A stretch of DNA of 64,000 nt from Chrysomallon squamiferum (Eukaryota > Animalia > Mollusca): NCBI GenBank assembly GCA_012295275.1, contig CM022667.1:11036001-11100000 (forward strand), read 5' to 3'. A program made the translations under genes and the position numbers. Under the pieces are notes generated by a model that ran no database searches, was not told the origin of the DNA, and saw only the letters and a program-made list of their open reading frames with translations. The stretch's first letter is position 1. Each line of letters opens with the position of its first letter. Shown here in pieces: positions 34,301 to 62,314 of the stretch.

Positions 34301-36028
34301 TTAAACCTTCCAAAGTAAATATTTTCTCTGTTGTGTTTTTGTTATCCGATATCGTTAGATAGGATTAATTATTATTTGGAAGAGAGCAAAAGACACCGAA
34401 AGGCTGAGCCACCGTTATTCGACAAAAATAACGTTATTGTAAGTAGGAAGAGAGGTTATTTTAAAAGACTGAGTCCACGATGTTTTTTAACAAAGCTGTT
34501 AACATATTTAGGTAGAGTAATGTGTTCTTAATAATGATAATAAGGGTAAACAAATAGATTTCTTCAATAAATAAATAACAATTCCAGGATTAGTAATTTA
34601 ATAATAATAATCAACATATTTACGTACAGTAATTTGTTCATAATACTTTTACACCTAATTTCAAGTAGTTTAAAAAAAATACTTCCAAAGTAAATATTTT
34701 TCTCTGTTGTGTTTTTGTTATCCCATATCGTTAGATAGGATTAATTATTATTTGGACGAGAGCAAAAAAGACACCGAAAGGCTGAGCCACCGCTATTCGA
34801 CAAAAATAACGTTATTGTAAGTAGGAAGAGAGGTTATTTTAAAAGACTGAGTCCACGATGTTTTTTTAACAAAACTGTTAACATATTTAGGTAGTGTAAT
34901 GTGTTCTTAATAATGATAATAAGGGTAAACAAATAGATTTCTTCAATAAATAAATAACAATTCCAGGATTAGTAATTTAATAATAATAATCAACATATTT
35001 ACGTACAGTAATTTGTTCATAATACTTTTACACCTAATTTCAAGTAGTTTAAAAATAAACTTCCAAAGTAAATATTTTCTCTGTTGTGTTTTTTGTTATT
35101 CCATATCGTTAGATAGGATTAATTATTATTTGGAAGAGAGCAAAAGACACCGAAAGGCTGAGCCACCGTTATTCGACAAAAATAACGTTATTGTAAGTAG
35201 GAAGAGAGGTTATTTTAAAAGACTGAGTCCACGATGTTTTTTTTTTTTTAACAAAACTGTTAACATATTTAGGTAGAGTAATGTGTTCTTAATAATGATA
35301 ATAAGGGTAAACAAATAGATTTCTTCAATAAATAAATAACAATTCCAGGATTAGTAATTTAATAATAATAATCAACATATTTACGTACAGTAATTTGTTC
35401 ATAATACTTTTACACCTAATTTCAAGTAGTTTAAAAAAACTACTTCCAAAGTAAATATTTTCTCTGTTGTGTTTTTTTTTTATCCGATATCGTTAGATAG
35501 GATTAATTATTATTTGGACGAGAGCAAAAGACACCGAAAGGCTGAGCCACCGCTATTCGACAAAAATAACGTTATTGTAAGTAGGAAGAGAGGTTATTTT
35601 AAAAGACTGAGTCCACGATGGTTTTTTTTTTTTTTTTTTTTTTTTAAAACTGTTAACATATTTAGGTAGTGTAATGTGTTCTTAATAATGATAATAAGGG
35701 TAAATAAATAGATTTCTTCAATAAATAAATAACAATTCCAGGATTAGTAATTTAATAATAATAATCAACATATTTACGTACAGTAATTTGTTCATAATAC
35801 TTTTACACCTAATTTCAAGTAGTTTAAAAAAATACTTCCAAAGTAAATATTTTCTCTGTTGTGTTTTTGTTATCCGATATCGTTAGATAGGATTAATTAT
35901 TATTTGGACGAGAGCAAAAGACTCTGAAAGGCTGAGCCACGGGTATTCGACTAAAATACCGTTATTATGACTAGGAAGCGCGATATGTTATAAAAGATTG
36001 AGTCCACGCTGTTTGAAACTAAATTGTC
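31333..36028. repeat. Tandem array of ~368-390-bp units (12 full units + terminal partial) directly upstream of the MSP130 gene
   Basis: The marker gacaccgaaaggctgagcc recurs at ~31402, 31770, 32146, 32520, 32892, 33271, 33647, 34024, 34392, 34770, 35146 and 35530, and in diverged form at 35920. Confidence 0.97.
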
Positions 36029-36092
36029 TCCACCAACCCCCCCCCAAATCCCGTATGTCTGTGCTGCTATCATACATGCATACATATATGCA

Positions 36093-36159
<67 letters not shown>

Positions 36160-36396
36160 CTGTTATTAATATAAAATCTGCGTTTTCTAATGCCACTACA
36201 TTTCGCATTAAAAATACCACTGCTATCTCCACCATTACGACTCAACAAGTGATATTTCTAGGCTGGGATTGCACGTACCTTACACCGAAACGACATGGAC
36301 TGCTACTGCTATTACTACTACAACTATTACTGATCTAACTATTAATATAGCTCAGTATTAGTAATCTGTTTTAAAGCAAAAATAAAGATATAATAA

Positions 36397-36453
<57 letters not shown>

Positions 36454-36619
36454 GTCATAATCGAAATAATAAAAGAAACGAAATAAATAGATATTGAAAA
36501 TCCAAAACCCAAAGAAAAACAAAACAAATCCAAGAAAAAAGAATATAAAAACAAAATGTAACTAACAATTTAAAATAAAATAAATATTCAAATAAATAAT
36601 TAAATAAATAAATAAATAA

Positions 36620-36658
<39 letters not shown>

Positions 36659-37275
36659 AAAGAAGATAAAATTAAAAAAATAATAATACTAGAAAAACAA
36701 ATAAAAATAAAATCAAATAAAACAGAAAAATGAAAATAAAAGAGAAAATAAAAGCAAATATAAAACCGATATCAAGTAAATTTAAATTTTTACGATGTTG
36801 CTCTCTGCTAACATTAATATCCTTTCCCATAACCATTACCAAACAACACTTTTAGTTAATACAATAAATAACAAAAAAAATAAAAAGAAATATTAATACG
36901 TTCTTACAGAATTATGGCGATTTCATTTCGAATATTCTCTGAACAAAAAAAAAAAAAAAAAAATATCCATGAACATTTGTAATTGTTCGTACAGAAAGCT
37001 AAATAGCAGTCGAAGCCATTAATTTTGTTATTTCGTGCAGCAGACGACAAATTCCGCGCTACTGAATAACGATCGAGATTGCGCGGGAAACTATTGATAA
37101 GGCGTAATTCGTTTTGTTGTCAAATAAACACATTTCTTGGATCACTTGTATTCACAGCATTACTTTATGTTAGGCACGGAACAGTGGGTCTATTTTAGAA
37201 CAACAAGAAAAAAGAAAGAAAAGAAAAACAAAACAAACCGATCTAAAAATAACTGCCAAAAGACATTACCCCCAA

Positions 37276-37326
<51 letters not shown>

Positions 37327-37873
37327 AAAAAAAAAGAATAATAATAATAAAATAAATCAACAGATATAATAATAATACAAAGATAGAAGCACATACATAA
37401 ATATATATTATTATTATTATTTTTTCTTCTTCTTCTTCTTCTTCTTTCTTCTTCTTCTTATTATTATTATTATTATTATTGCTGTTGCTGCTGCTATTTT
37501 TATTGCTTTTATTAATACCACCAAAATTACTGTTATATTAAACATCTTGCATAATATATGTCACTTCTTTCAACGCGACAAATCTCACTTGTACAAACAA
37601 AAAGTTCGTCAAGGTTAAATGTCTTTCTCCTTGGAAGTAAACACTCGTCACGTGGTAGTATGTTGTCATGGAGAATTGTTTATTGCCTCAATGTGTTACT
37701 AATAATTTTCGAAGACGTTAATCAAAGTGAACCTTGGAACATTACAGCAGACGTGATCATGTCATCAAATAATAACCCAAGGTGATGAATTACAATAATT
37801 ACATGTTGTGTAATCAACGATAGCAGCTAAAGAATTTTATATTTTGGTAGGAACCAGAATCATCATCATCATC

Positions 37874-37905
<32 letters not shown>

Positions 37906-38000
37906 CTTATTATTATTTTATCATCATCATTATTTGTATTATTATTTATTTTTATTAATACATTAGTTACTATTATTGTTGTTGTTATTATTATTATTTT

Positions 38001-38032
<32 letters not shown>

Positions 38033-39620
38033 TATTTGTATTATTATTATTTTTTATTAATACATTGTTGTTTGCTATTGTTGCTATTACTGTAATCACC
38101 ATCGTCATTAATTGTTTTTATTACATTATTGTTGTTGGCGTCATTAATATTGTTTGTTGTTGTTGTTACTGTTGCTGTTGTTGTTGTTACTGTTGCTGTT
38201 GTCGTTGTTTGTGTTATTATTGATTATGCAGAAGGAATGACTATACAGAGTAATACTTACTTTTAAACTATTTCTGATAGTTTTGCTGTCGTTGTTGCCC
38301 TTACTGTTGTTACTGTTGTTGTTTTGGTTGATATTGCGTATTTGTAGAACCAGCGCCTTTTTATTTTTTTAGTTTTATACATTATTCCTTAATCACAAAT
38401 AACAAAAAAAATCAACAAAAAAAACAAAACAAAAAAAAAAAATAAATAATAAATAAAAAATAAATAAAAAAATAAAATAAAATATTAATTAAAAAATAAA
38501 TAAAATTTAATAATAAAAGAAAAAAATGATAACTAAATAATAATAAAAGTAACTAATAATAATAAAAAAGTAGAAAAAAAAAGAAGAAAATGACAATAAA
38601 GTGTAAATCATATTATTATTTTTTTTCTAGACAACTTTGTCATTGTTCAGTTTTATGTGTTTATGACGTACATCAACATACTAAAAAGTATCTAAATATA
38701 TACAAAACGTCCGATTTAACAATATCTATACAGACAGTCTTGAGTCAAAACATTTCCTGCAAATCAAATTCAGTGGTTACAATGCACGCCTTGCTTGAAT
38801 AAACCAAAAATCTGCGACAGGTACAAAATATATTGATTTAATAATTTTAGAAATCGAAATTGTCATGATGGCCTGCTTTGGACAATCTGGCAGAGGAACC
38901 CGAAAGATAAACGATACGGCAATATTAACGTGAAAACAAATGTGTTATCGTTGGCATTTTATTGCTTATTTGCAAAAGAAAGCAGAAACTGATAATAACG
39001 ACGACATCATCGGATCTTCAGTAATAAACTCATAATAACCACAATAAGGACGAAGATGATTATTATTGCTTGTGCTATTACTAGGGCACCGTCAATTGGA
39101 TAAATAGAGATTATAGTGATGGACCTGTGAATGAACAAACGGATCGATGGATGTACTGGCAAAGATATACAGACAAGCAGGCAAATAGTAAAAAAAAGGA
39201 ATAGAATAGAATAAAATAAAATAAAATAAAATAAAATAAAATAAATAAATAAATAATTTTTCTCCGTTAATTTAGAATATAAATCTTGAATACTTAATAT
39301 AATTACATACCGTAGTTTTTTTTTTTTTTTTTTTGTTTAGCTTTGTCTGTATAACGAAATTAATCATTTATTTTGTATGTGGATTCAGAATATATACATG
39401 TATTGTAGGTCAAACAGTACTATTAATAACAAAGCTGTCCTCTTTAAAGCATGCTTCGATAGATAAGGTGTCTGTTTACTTAAGTAAATGCTGAATTCTA
39501 TAGGCATTATCTTGCTTCTTCATCTTAATCTTTGCACAGTTAATTAGAAGAGGCAGTTTCTAATTAAAAAACAAAAATAAATCATAGTGGTGTGTATGTG
39601 TGGCTGTCTGTGTGTTTGAC

Positions 39621-39717
<97 letters not shown>

Positions 39718-40213
39718 TAACGCCAACTAAAAAGTTTCATTCATCTGTTCATTCATTCAGACATCATAATTTCATAACGTCGTGCTTTGGTAATTACATA
39801 TGACAAGTTGTCGAAACTTTGACCCCTCGTTCATTTTGTTGCTAGGCAACGAAGCTTCAACTTACGACAATGTCAAAATCTCGACCGAAAGAGCCTTATT
39901 GTGTTACGTCGGAATTAATGTGCAAATCTGGGGCAAAAAGAATTCCAATCCAACGACATCTACTCCTATTTATGGCCTTTTATTTTCTTTACCGTGATGA
40001 CGCCCATAATGATTGTTAACCACCCAAAACTCTCTGTTTTTAATCTGGGCTACGCCATTGACTTTTTCATGAATTTGATTAAATAGCGTTCCAGTTACTG
40101 AATGAATTTTCACTTTACAGCTAGATTTAATTTTCTGAATGAGGTAAGTAATGAACTGTATGATAAAAGAACTGTGAATACTGAAAGGCATTTTGATGGA
40201 AAGGAGGATGGAA

Positions 40214-40306
<93 letters not shown>

Positions 40307-40840
40307 TTAATAATAATAATAATACAAACAAAGAAACAATATTCAATAAATTTCTTTTATTTATTATTTACAAAATTCTGGTCTCAGCTGCTATGTACAG
40401 TTAGAAATTTCATTTTTAAATCAACTGCGTTGTTCAGTGCTGAAGTTTACAAATATTATATATATATATATATATATATGTGTATATACACACACACACA
40501 CAGAGAGACACATGCACACACAAACATACACACACATATAAACAAACTACAAAAAAAACAAAACAAAACAACCCTAAAAAACAAACAATTCAAACTCATT
40601 TTTAAAATGAACAGAATATATATATAAGAAGAAAAACAAAAACACACGGCATAAATATTGTGAATATAAAATATCTAAATTTAAAGGTAATCTGACTTTC
40701 TAAATTGTTATATAAAAGTTTCGTGGATGACTTTTCTAAGCGTTAAAATAATAATTAAAAAAAGTATTTAATAAAATTACTGAAATAGAATAAATAAGGA
40801 AAGATAATATAGACAGGAAATAATAACAAATAAGAGCAGC

Positions 40841-40913
<73 letters not shown>

Positions 40914-41087
40914 TAATAATAATAACAATAACAAAGTTGATATTACTTGGTTTCCTGCACCAACACTACAATAGTAAAATATATATGTTATAAATATTAT
41001 AATAATAATGATATAGGATTCAAACTATACAAATGTATGACTATCAATGCTTTTACAAGATCTGTCAGAGCAGATTAGTCCGTCTGC

Positions 41088-41310
41088 ATGTATGTATGTA
41101 CGTACGTACGTACGTATGTGTATGTATGTGTGGGTGTATGTATGTATCTATGTGTGTATGTATGTATGTATGTATGTCTGTGTGTATGTGTTTGCATGTG
41201 TGTATGTATGTGTGTATGTATGTATGTATGTATGTGTGTATGTGTTTGTATGTGTGTATGTATGTATGTGTGTATGTATGTATGTATGTATGTATGTATG
41301 TATGTGCGTA
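41088..41310. repeat. Compound (TGTA/TGTG)n microsatellite
   Basis: Directly visible. Produces spurious MYVC-type ORFs. Confidence 0.9.
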
Positions 41311-42866
41311 TTTGTTACTATACTACCAGTCGACCATGTACTGTAAAAAGAAAACACTTCTAAAGATCTACGTGCCTTTTTATTAGATATCGTGAGGTAT
41401 TAAAATAATATTTATACAATATAATGTCTAATATATATATTTATAGGAATCACAAAGTAAACTTGTTACATTTTTAAAACAATCTCCTATAGTTTGTTTT
41501 GTTGATGGTTTTGTTTTATCACCTCCTTCATTTGTACTCAGTTATGTTCTTAAATATACGTCCAGGGAAGATGTTCTTGCATTTCAGTACGTGAAATGAA
41601 AAATAAATTTCAAGCCATTATTATAAAATTCTTCTGTATGTGGAAATCGGTTTGGAACTGTTGTATTTTCACATACAATTCACATTTTTTTCAGTTATGC
41701 TTTCTGCAATTCGATTTCTTTGCTTTGTTTACTGTTTTCAGTTCTTGTTTTCAGTTCATGTTATTTTAAATTCATTCCTGATCAGGAATGCATTATTTAA
41801 AATTCCTTTACCTGCAGCTGATAGTAACGTGTTATTCCTTCTCCTTTTTCTTTGAAAAATAGAAAAGCTCAAAATTCCTTGTTTTGATCATTAGTGATTC
41901 CTTAACGTATCGTATTTGTAATGGGTTTGATATCGTTTGCTTTCACTAACATAGAGTTTATTTGTTTTCCCATTATATCATAATGCTCTCTGAAAAGGCT
42001 TTATAGGTGCATTCTCTTTGAAATTCCTTTCATTACAAAAGTAATTCCTTAAATTATAAAAAGACCTCTCGAATTTCTTTCTCGTATATCATTATTTTGA
42101 AATTCCTCCAACTATAAAAACATAGAGTTTGAAATTCTTCACTTTCTAATTCATGTACAATCTTGACAACCTAATTTGTAGAAAACTTTAAAATCTCCTT
42201 TCAAAATGATGTCATTCTGAAAACTTCTAAACATTCGTTGTCTCTGAATTCTTGTTACGTTTAAAAAAAAAATATCCTTGGGACTTTTTCATTACCTTTT
42301 CCAATGCGATTTCTCCAAACGTCTGTTCGTTAATCCGATTTAGTTTAATGAGCCTTTAATCCTGACGTAATAGAATTCGTCATCAAAGCAGTGAAGCCAA
42401 ACCGTTTGAATCGCTGTTCAGTAAATTAGTAAAATAAAGGCGCAGTCATACAATGTAATTTCCATGAAGCATGTTGCAGGTAATAGCGAATAGCGTCATA
42501 CAACATACTCCAGAAAATATTGTATCAGTTACTCAGGTTTTCTAGAAAAATGTATAGTATTCACTGTTAAATAATCAATAGTTTGTTGCGTAGCGTATAT
42601 TGTTAGAGAACAATATTATCATTTTATATACAATATTATCATCATTTTATATGTCCACATGTTTATATATATCCGTAAAATTATATATACATAGTTAATC
42701 CATATCATACCTGAACAATGGATATGTACATTCTTACATAGCCTTTATATAGATCCATATACAGAGTTTATAATATCTATATATCATTTAACAAATATAT
42801 CTTAATGTTCCAAATAGCATTTACGTTGTATCGAAATGAAAGATTTTAAGAAAACGAAGAGAGCCC

Positions 42867-55849
<12,983 letters not shown>

Positions 55850-56700
55850 CTGAAAATACAATAAAAATTTATTGTTGTTGTTATTATTATTATTATTATT
55901 ATTGTTATCATGAACATTATTATTTTTGATATTCTTTTTATATCATCGTTACCATCATCAGTATCATAACAAATACAGTCTACAACATCAACATCAGCAG
56001 CGTTGTCAGCGGCATCAATAACAGCGACATAACATTATTATGACGTAAAGGTAATTCCTAAATAATTCAACCAACACTCAATAAAATAAATTAAAAAAAT
56101 ATATATAAAAAAGAAATCTGATAAGGTTAATTGCAACTCACATATAGAAGTGATGATAGTTTGATATATTTCTGTTATTTATTTCGATTAAATTAACTGT
56201 ATCATTATATTTATAGATTTACAAGGTATTTGCAAATTACCAATAATATGGATATTAAAATGTATACTTCTGTATGAAAATTTTAGATATGTATGTAGTA
56301 TGCGAGTATGTATGCACATGTCATGTATTTTTGTAGATATATCAAAATTACTTTACTATATATATATATATAAAACGTAGAAGTAGGTCTAGACTGATAT
56401 CGATGTGTTATATTTTTAATTACCTTTCCATATCGATCAGCTTATAAAATTCCCACCTTTTGATTCTTTCTGCATCGTACATCAAATAGCAATTATTGAA
56501 AAATTTCTTTACAAGGTGATAGAAACAGAAATAGAACCAGAAGGGCTGAAAGTATCTACTTAACTACTTCATAAGTAAGTCCTGTAAAATTTTAAAATTA
56601 TTTTATTACGAGTTTTCAGACTAAAACGTTTAAAGCTGTAGATAGGATGACGGATGAAGTGTTTTTGTTTTTGTCGAGCTATGATTTATTGTCATCGCCG

Positions 56701-56739
<39 letters not shown>

Positions 56740-57107
56740 GTGATTTGTATTGTTGCTGTTGTTGTTTTATTAGTTATTATTGTTGTTGTTATCGTCGTCT
56801 TGTTTAAATAAAATTAATTCTGGAATTAAGCAACAAAATAAATATTTACTTATAAATTTACTTATTTTTTTACATAAATATAATTGTTTATAAAGAATTT
56901 ATTTTTAATCAAAATTAGTTTCATATTTAAATGAATATCGATCGAATTTTTAAGTCCTTATCATTATCCTCTCTCTCTTATTCTTGTCATCCTGTTTAAA
57001 CGAATTTTAATTTTCATTCTACCTGGACACCATTAACCTCATTTTAAACATAAATTTCTTATCTTTCTTTCTGTTTATAATTTTTGTTTTGTTTTTATTA
57101 TTATTAC

Positions 57108-57153
<46 letters not shown>

Positions 57154-57597
57154 GCATTTATTATTATTGCATTTATTATTATTTATTTGTTTATTTATTT
57201 TATTTTTATTATATTTTTATATCTACTTTACTTTATCTTATTTTTTATTTATATATATATATTTTTTAAATATTTTATTTCATTCCTTTTTCGTTTCATT
57301 TTATTTCATTTTTTAAATAGGTTTTTTTCTGTGTTCCGCTGACAAATAGAACTGTCAGTGACAGAGACAACGTGGCTGGGTGTCTCATTGTTCTGTATCG
57401 AGTTGGAAGTTGTAGATGTGTCGGATGGTTTTGAAATGTGTATCACTGGTGTGTCAAGATGGTGCGCCCAATTACAAGAGTCACGCGGTGATCACTTTAG
57501 AGTGACAGAAAGAGCAGCAGCTTAATTTGTTTGTTTATCCTTAACTAGAGCAGGTCATTTCGTTTGAAATAAGATAAAAGGGGGCGAAGGTGAAGAG

Positions 57598-57694
<97 letters not shown>

Positions 57695-58139
57695 TGGGGT
57701 GTATGTGTACCTGCGCATGTGTGAGAATGATTGAACTTTATATTTTTTTTTTCCTTTATTGCTTTATTAACGTGATTACAAAATTATAAAAAAAAACTTT
57801 CGTCAGTTATATTAAAATGCATCTAATATCGCCTTAATAAATAATTTTTTTAGTAAATCAAATGTAGAAAAAGAAAAAGAAGAAACTGAACTTCAGAAAG
57901 AAAAAGAGTAGAAAAGTAGGAATGAAAAAAATTAATTTTATTAATTTAACCTTAGGCTCAGGCTTATGTGACTTTGCGCCTGAAGTTGAGATTATCGTCA
58001 AGTGAGTAAGTTTGGTTTAATTAAGATTCGTGGGAAAAATGGTAGCCATGCACAAATGACATCGACTTCATTTAATCTGTTAAAGTGACACTGTGGCTGA
58101 AAATCCGCTTTGAGAATGTAAGTCTGGAAATACACTAAT

Positions 58140-58269
<130 letters not shown>

Positions 58270-58510
58270 ATGATCAATAAACGTATGAGAAAGATCTAAA
58301 TGGACAGAGAGAAAAAATTCAGAGCAGAGGCATAAATTATACTTAGCGTGAAAAATAGATATAGAGAACTGTATTTGGAAACATTAAGTTAAGACGTCAA
58401 TGAAGGGGAATGGATACGAATCTGAAAATGTATTTCCATATTGATTATTGATTATTAGTATTTTTATATTCCATTAGTTTTAATAATATCAATATGTTCT
58501 CAATTAAAAA

Positions 58511-58568
<58 letters not shown>

Positions 58569-59347
58569 TTAATAAATAATTTAAAAACGAATAATAAATA
58601 AAGAAAGAAAGATATATTTTACTTTCCACACTCAAAAAATTAAAAAATAAAATAAAATAAATTCTTATCTTTACTCACCCATTCTGAAGATCAAATTGAA
58701 ATCCTTTATTTTATTTTATTTTTTTCACACTCACGTAATTAAAACTTTAATGAAAAAAAAAAAGAAAAAAAAAAAAAAAATCTATTTAATCCTTTTTTTT
58801 TCGGAAAATAACAGTTTCACATTTAATCAGACAACCGTTTCCCCATCAAAATCACAAAACTCTACAGAACACGCTTTCACTCCAAGTATCTGAACCCAAT
58901 CTTAATAGTCTCGATAACATCTCGTCACTTCCGTCTTGCAGTCTCGATAAAAGGAGTTCCTCTCGCTCATTTGCAGAGGCAACGAAGCAGAAGTGTGTTT
59001 TTCTTAAACACATCGACGCAACCAAACCTTCTTTCAGCCGTCGGTGCTATTATTCATCGACAGAGAACATAATAACTGAGAGAGAGAAGAAAAAAAAAGT
59101 CATATTAATTCGCTTAACGAACAGTCAACAAGTCTTTCCTCTTCTGAACAACAATCGCAAACGTCGCGTAATTAAACAGGTTTTATAACCGCTACGAAAC
59201 AAAACTGATTTACATCGCGAAAAAATATAGTTCCTTGCGCATGAGTAATTGGTTTGTTCCACGTCTGTAACTGGTACTAATACAAGTTGTACAATGGCCG
59301 CCCTAAGGCATCGTTTTTCGTGTGATGAATGACAGGATGCCAGGCGG

Positions 59348-59380
<33 letters not shown>

Positions 59381-60679
59381 AATTTTAAATAGGTTAATAT
59401 TCATATGTATCGCTTCGTTCTAAAGAATACTGGTCATTGAATATTTTTCCCGAGTGTAGAAAATGCTCGTTTTTTTGCGTGGGCACGTATATTTTCAACA
59501 TTAGCTTAAAGAATTTCTTGTTAAGCTTTTTATTTTTATTTTATAAGCAGGCGAGCTTGAAATTTAATTTGAAAATTTCATGGCCCATTAATTTTTGGAA
59601 AATTCATCAATTTCAAAGATTATATGTACGTTAATTTTTTATGAACAAATTGTAAAGACTTTTATGAACTTTAATTTTGAAATTATGGCTGCATAGCTGA
59701 GTTAAGATTAGGAATGTATAGTAATTATAGAAAGAAAATTGAAAAGAGAAGTGAAAAAGGACAGAGAAAAAATATTTTATGGATTTTTATATTATATACA
59801 GAAATAAAATTGATCCATTCAATCATACATACATACGTACATACGTACGCACAAACATACACACATATATATATACACACAAATATAGATACACACACAC
59901 ACACATATATATACACACACACACACATATATATATATACACACAGAAACATACATATATACACATACATACATACATACATACATACATACATACATAC
60001 AATTCATATCAAACAGTTTGGTCTCATATGCTTAACACATATTATAAAAAATTGACACACAAACGACCAAAAAACAAACAACAAATCCAACATTAATTGA
60101 ATCAACACAATATTTTCATTACTTTTTATTGTATCACTGCATTATCTTGTAATCTTATCACAGCATGTGAATCCTCGCTTACTGCTAATACACACGAAAG
60201 AAATGGCTTGAAGGAATCAGCGTCATGGAATATAAAGTACTGCAGTTTGACATAATCCCTGTATGAAATATGCGAGTGTCTTGGTTATTATGAAATAACC
60301 AACTGAATGCTATAAAATACTCGTTTATATCAATTTGTCGAGTGCAGCTAAATTGTAAATCGATCTATGAAGGCTTTGACAGCGGTTGAGTTTGATCGTG
60401 TCGGTTTCTTTCCATCTTTTTACCGTTCCAGACAGTCGGTATGACTGAACATTATATTATATGTGAGCGTTTGCAAATGATTAGGAATTACGTGTTTTTC
60501 TGTTAAATATTAATGCAAAATATTATTATATATGAATCAGACAGCATATTAAATTTGAGTTCGTATGCAGTTTTCTGATTTACAACAAAATCTATTACCA
60601 TTTTAACAAAGCCATACCTATACATGTCTGGTTCAAAATAATATTTTAGTTGACTAACAGTACAAATATCACATGATAT

Positions 60680-60872
60680 TTTTACCATTCACTTATTATA
60701 TCTTTGTGATAACAATACGCATTCCATTAATTTTACCAGTCACTACTTTTGACAGTATCATAGCAACACGTAATTCAGTAATTTTTTTTACCAATCACTA
60801 CTTTTGATAATATGGCAAAAAAAAAAAAAAAAAAAAAAAAAAATTGGCGAGTTTTGAACCAGTCACTATTTC
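60680..60872. repeat. Short degenerate tandem repeat (TTTTACCAGTCACTACTTTTGA, ~4 copies)
   Basis: Copies at ~60680, 60731, 60786 and 60855. Confidence 0.6.
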
Positions 60873-62205
60873 GTCCACTGTAAACAAGATTATATTCCAT
60901 TCAGTTTGGTAGACAGTATTAATGTCTGTATCTTAACACCAAGTACTCGTGTAATTCATGGATAACGCGATGTTTCGATTTGGCTTAAGCCTTTGAAACT
61001 CTTGCGATGAATATCGGGTCGTGTGAAATACCGCAAAGATCAGACAGAACAGCTGTACTCGAAGTTCTGCTAACGTTAAGAATGCTTCGTCGAAAATTAC
61101 CAAATTAACTGAAGATGTGTCTTAAAAAATATGTATGTAGTAACCAGTTGAAGAAGACTCAATTTTGCGAATGAATGAATGATTCAATCTGTCTGATTGT
61201 CTGTCTGTTTTGTCCGTCCATTTATCGATCCATTTGTCTGGTTGTCTGTGAGCTTATCGATCCATGTTTCTGTCTCTCTGTTCGTCTGTTCGTATAAGGC
61301 AAAAGAAAGTCTAATTGTTTGTCTGTCCATCTCTCTATTTTCTTTTATTATTATTAACTTTTATGTTTTTTGACAGGAATGTTTATGTATGTGTGTATGA
61401 ATGTATGTGTGTATTATGTATGTATGTATGTGTATGTATGTTTGTATGTATGTGTTTTTGTATGTATATATTTATACATGTATTATCTATATATGTACCT
61501 GTGTATGTGTAGATGTATGTATGTATGTATGTATGTATGTATTTATTATGTGTGAATGTATGTATGTAAGTATGTGTGTGTATGTATATATGTATAATAT
61601 ATAGGTGGATATATGAATATATTATAGTATGAATGTATGTCTCTATGTCTATCTCTTTTAGAGTTTTCGTTTTTCGTTTTTCTTTCTGTCCTTCTTTCAT
61701 TCTTTCCGCCCTTCTTTCATTCTTTCTCTCCATTTGGCACTCTGGGTCTGAGATATTCTTTCATTCCTAACCAAATTCGTTAAGGAAATAATAAAAAAAG
61801 TTATCACCTACGATAAATAATTAATCCTGATTAGAAATCACCAACATTTGTCCTTGACAACGCACTAGACCCCGAGTGTTAATTATCTCCCCTTGCTTCT
61901 GCAAAATTAACATCTATTTCGGTACGGAAGTCCGCTGATGATTGTGTAGGTGTGTTTGGAAATTTCATTTCGATGGTGCTGTTTGTCACAATCAAGATAA
62001 ATATTGGCGAATTCACGCGAACAAGTATTTGGTAATGAAGAATAAAGGGGAAAAAAGAAAAGAAATCCATGCAAGAAGTGTCAACAGAAACGTTGTTATG
62101 TGAAGCAGAGCGTTACATAATTAATACTCGTGATCCAGTTAATTGGGGTTTGTGTTCCGCTGGTGTTAAACAGAACATATTGAATGAGATATTGGAAGAA
62201 CAAAA

Positions 62206-62237
<32 letters not shown>

Positions 62238-62278
62238 AAGGCAATATATAAATGTTAATAATATACAAAGTGGACTTT

Positions 62279-62314
<36 letters not shown>

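Noticed and set aside
31330-35669. Repeated 61-87 aa ORFs (...ESKRHRKAEPPLFDKNNV...) in the array
   Set aside because: They mostly use non-ATG starts, frames are broken by variable A/T runs between units, and there is no recognisable domain. They are a by-product of the repeat.
31333-36028. Array as a CRISPR locus or a hammerhead-ribozyme retrozyme
   Set aside because: Units are near-identical along their whole length with no unique spacers and no cas genes, in a eukaryotic context. I found no CTGANGA hammerhead core on either strand of the unit.
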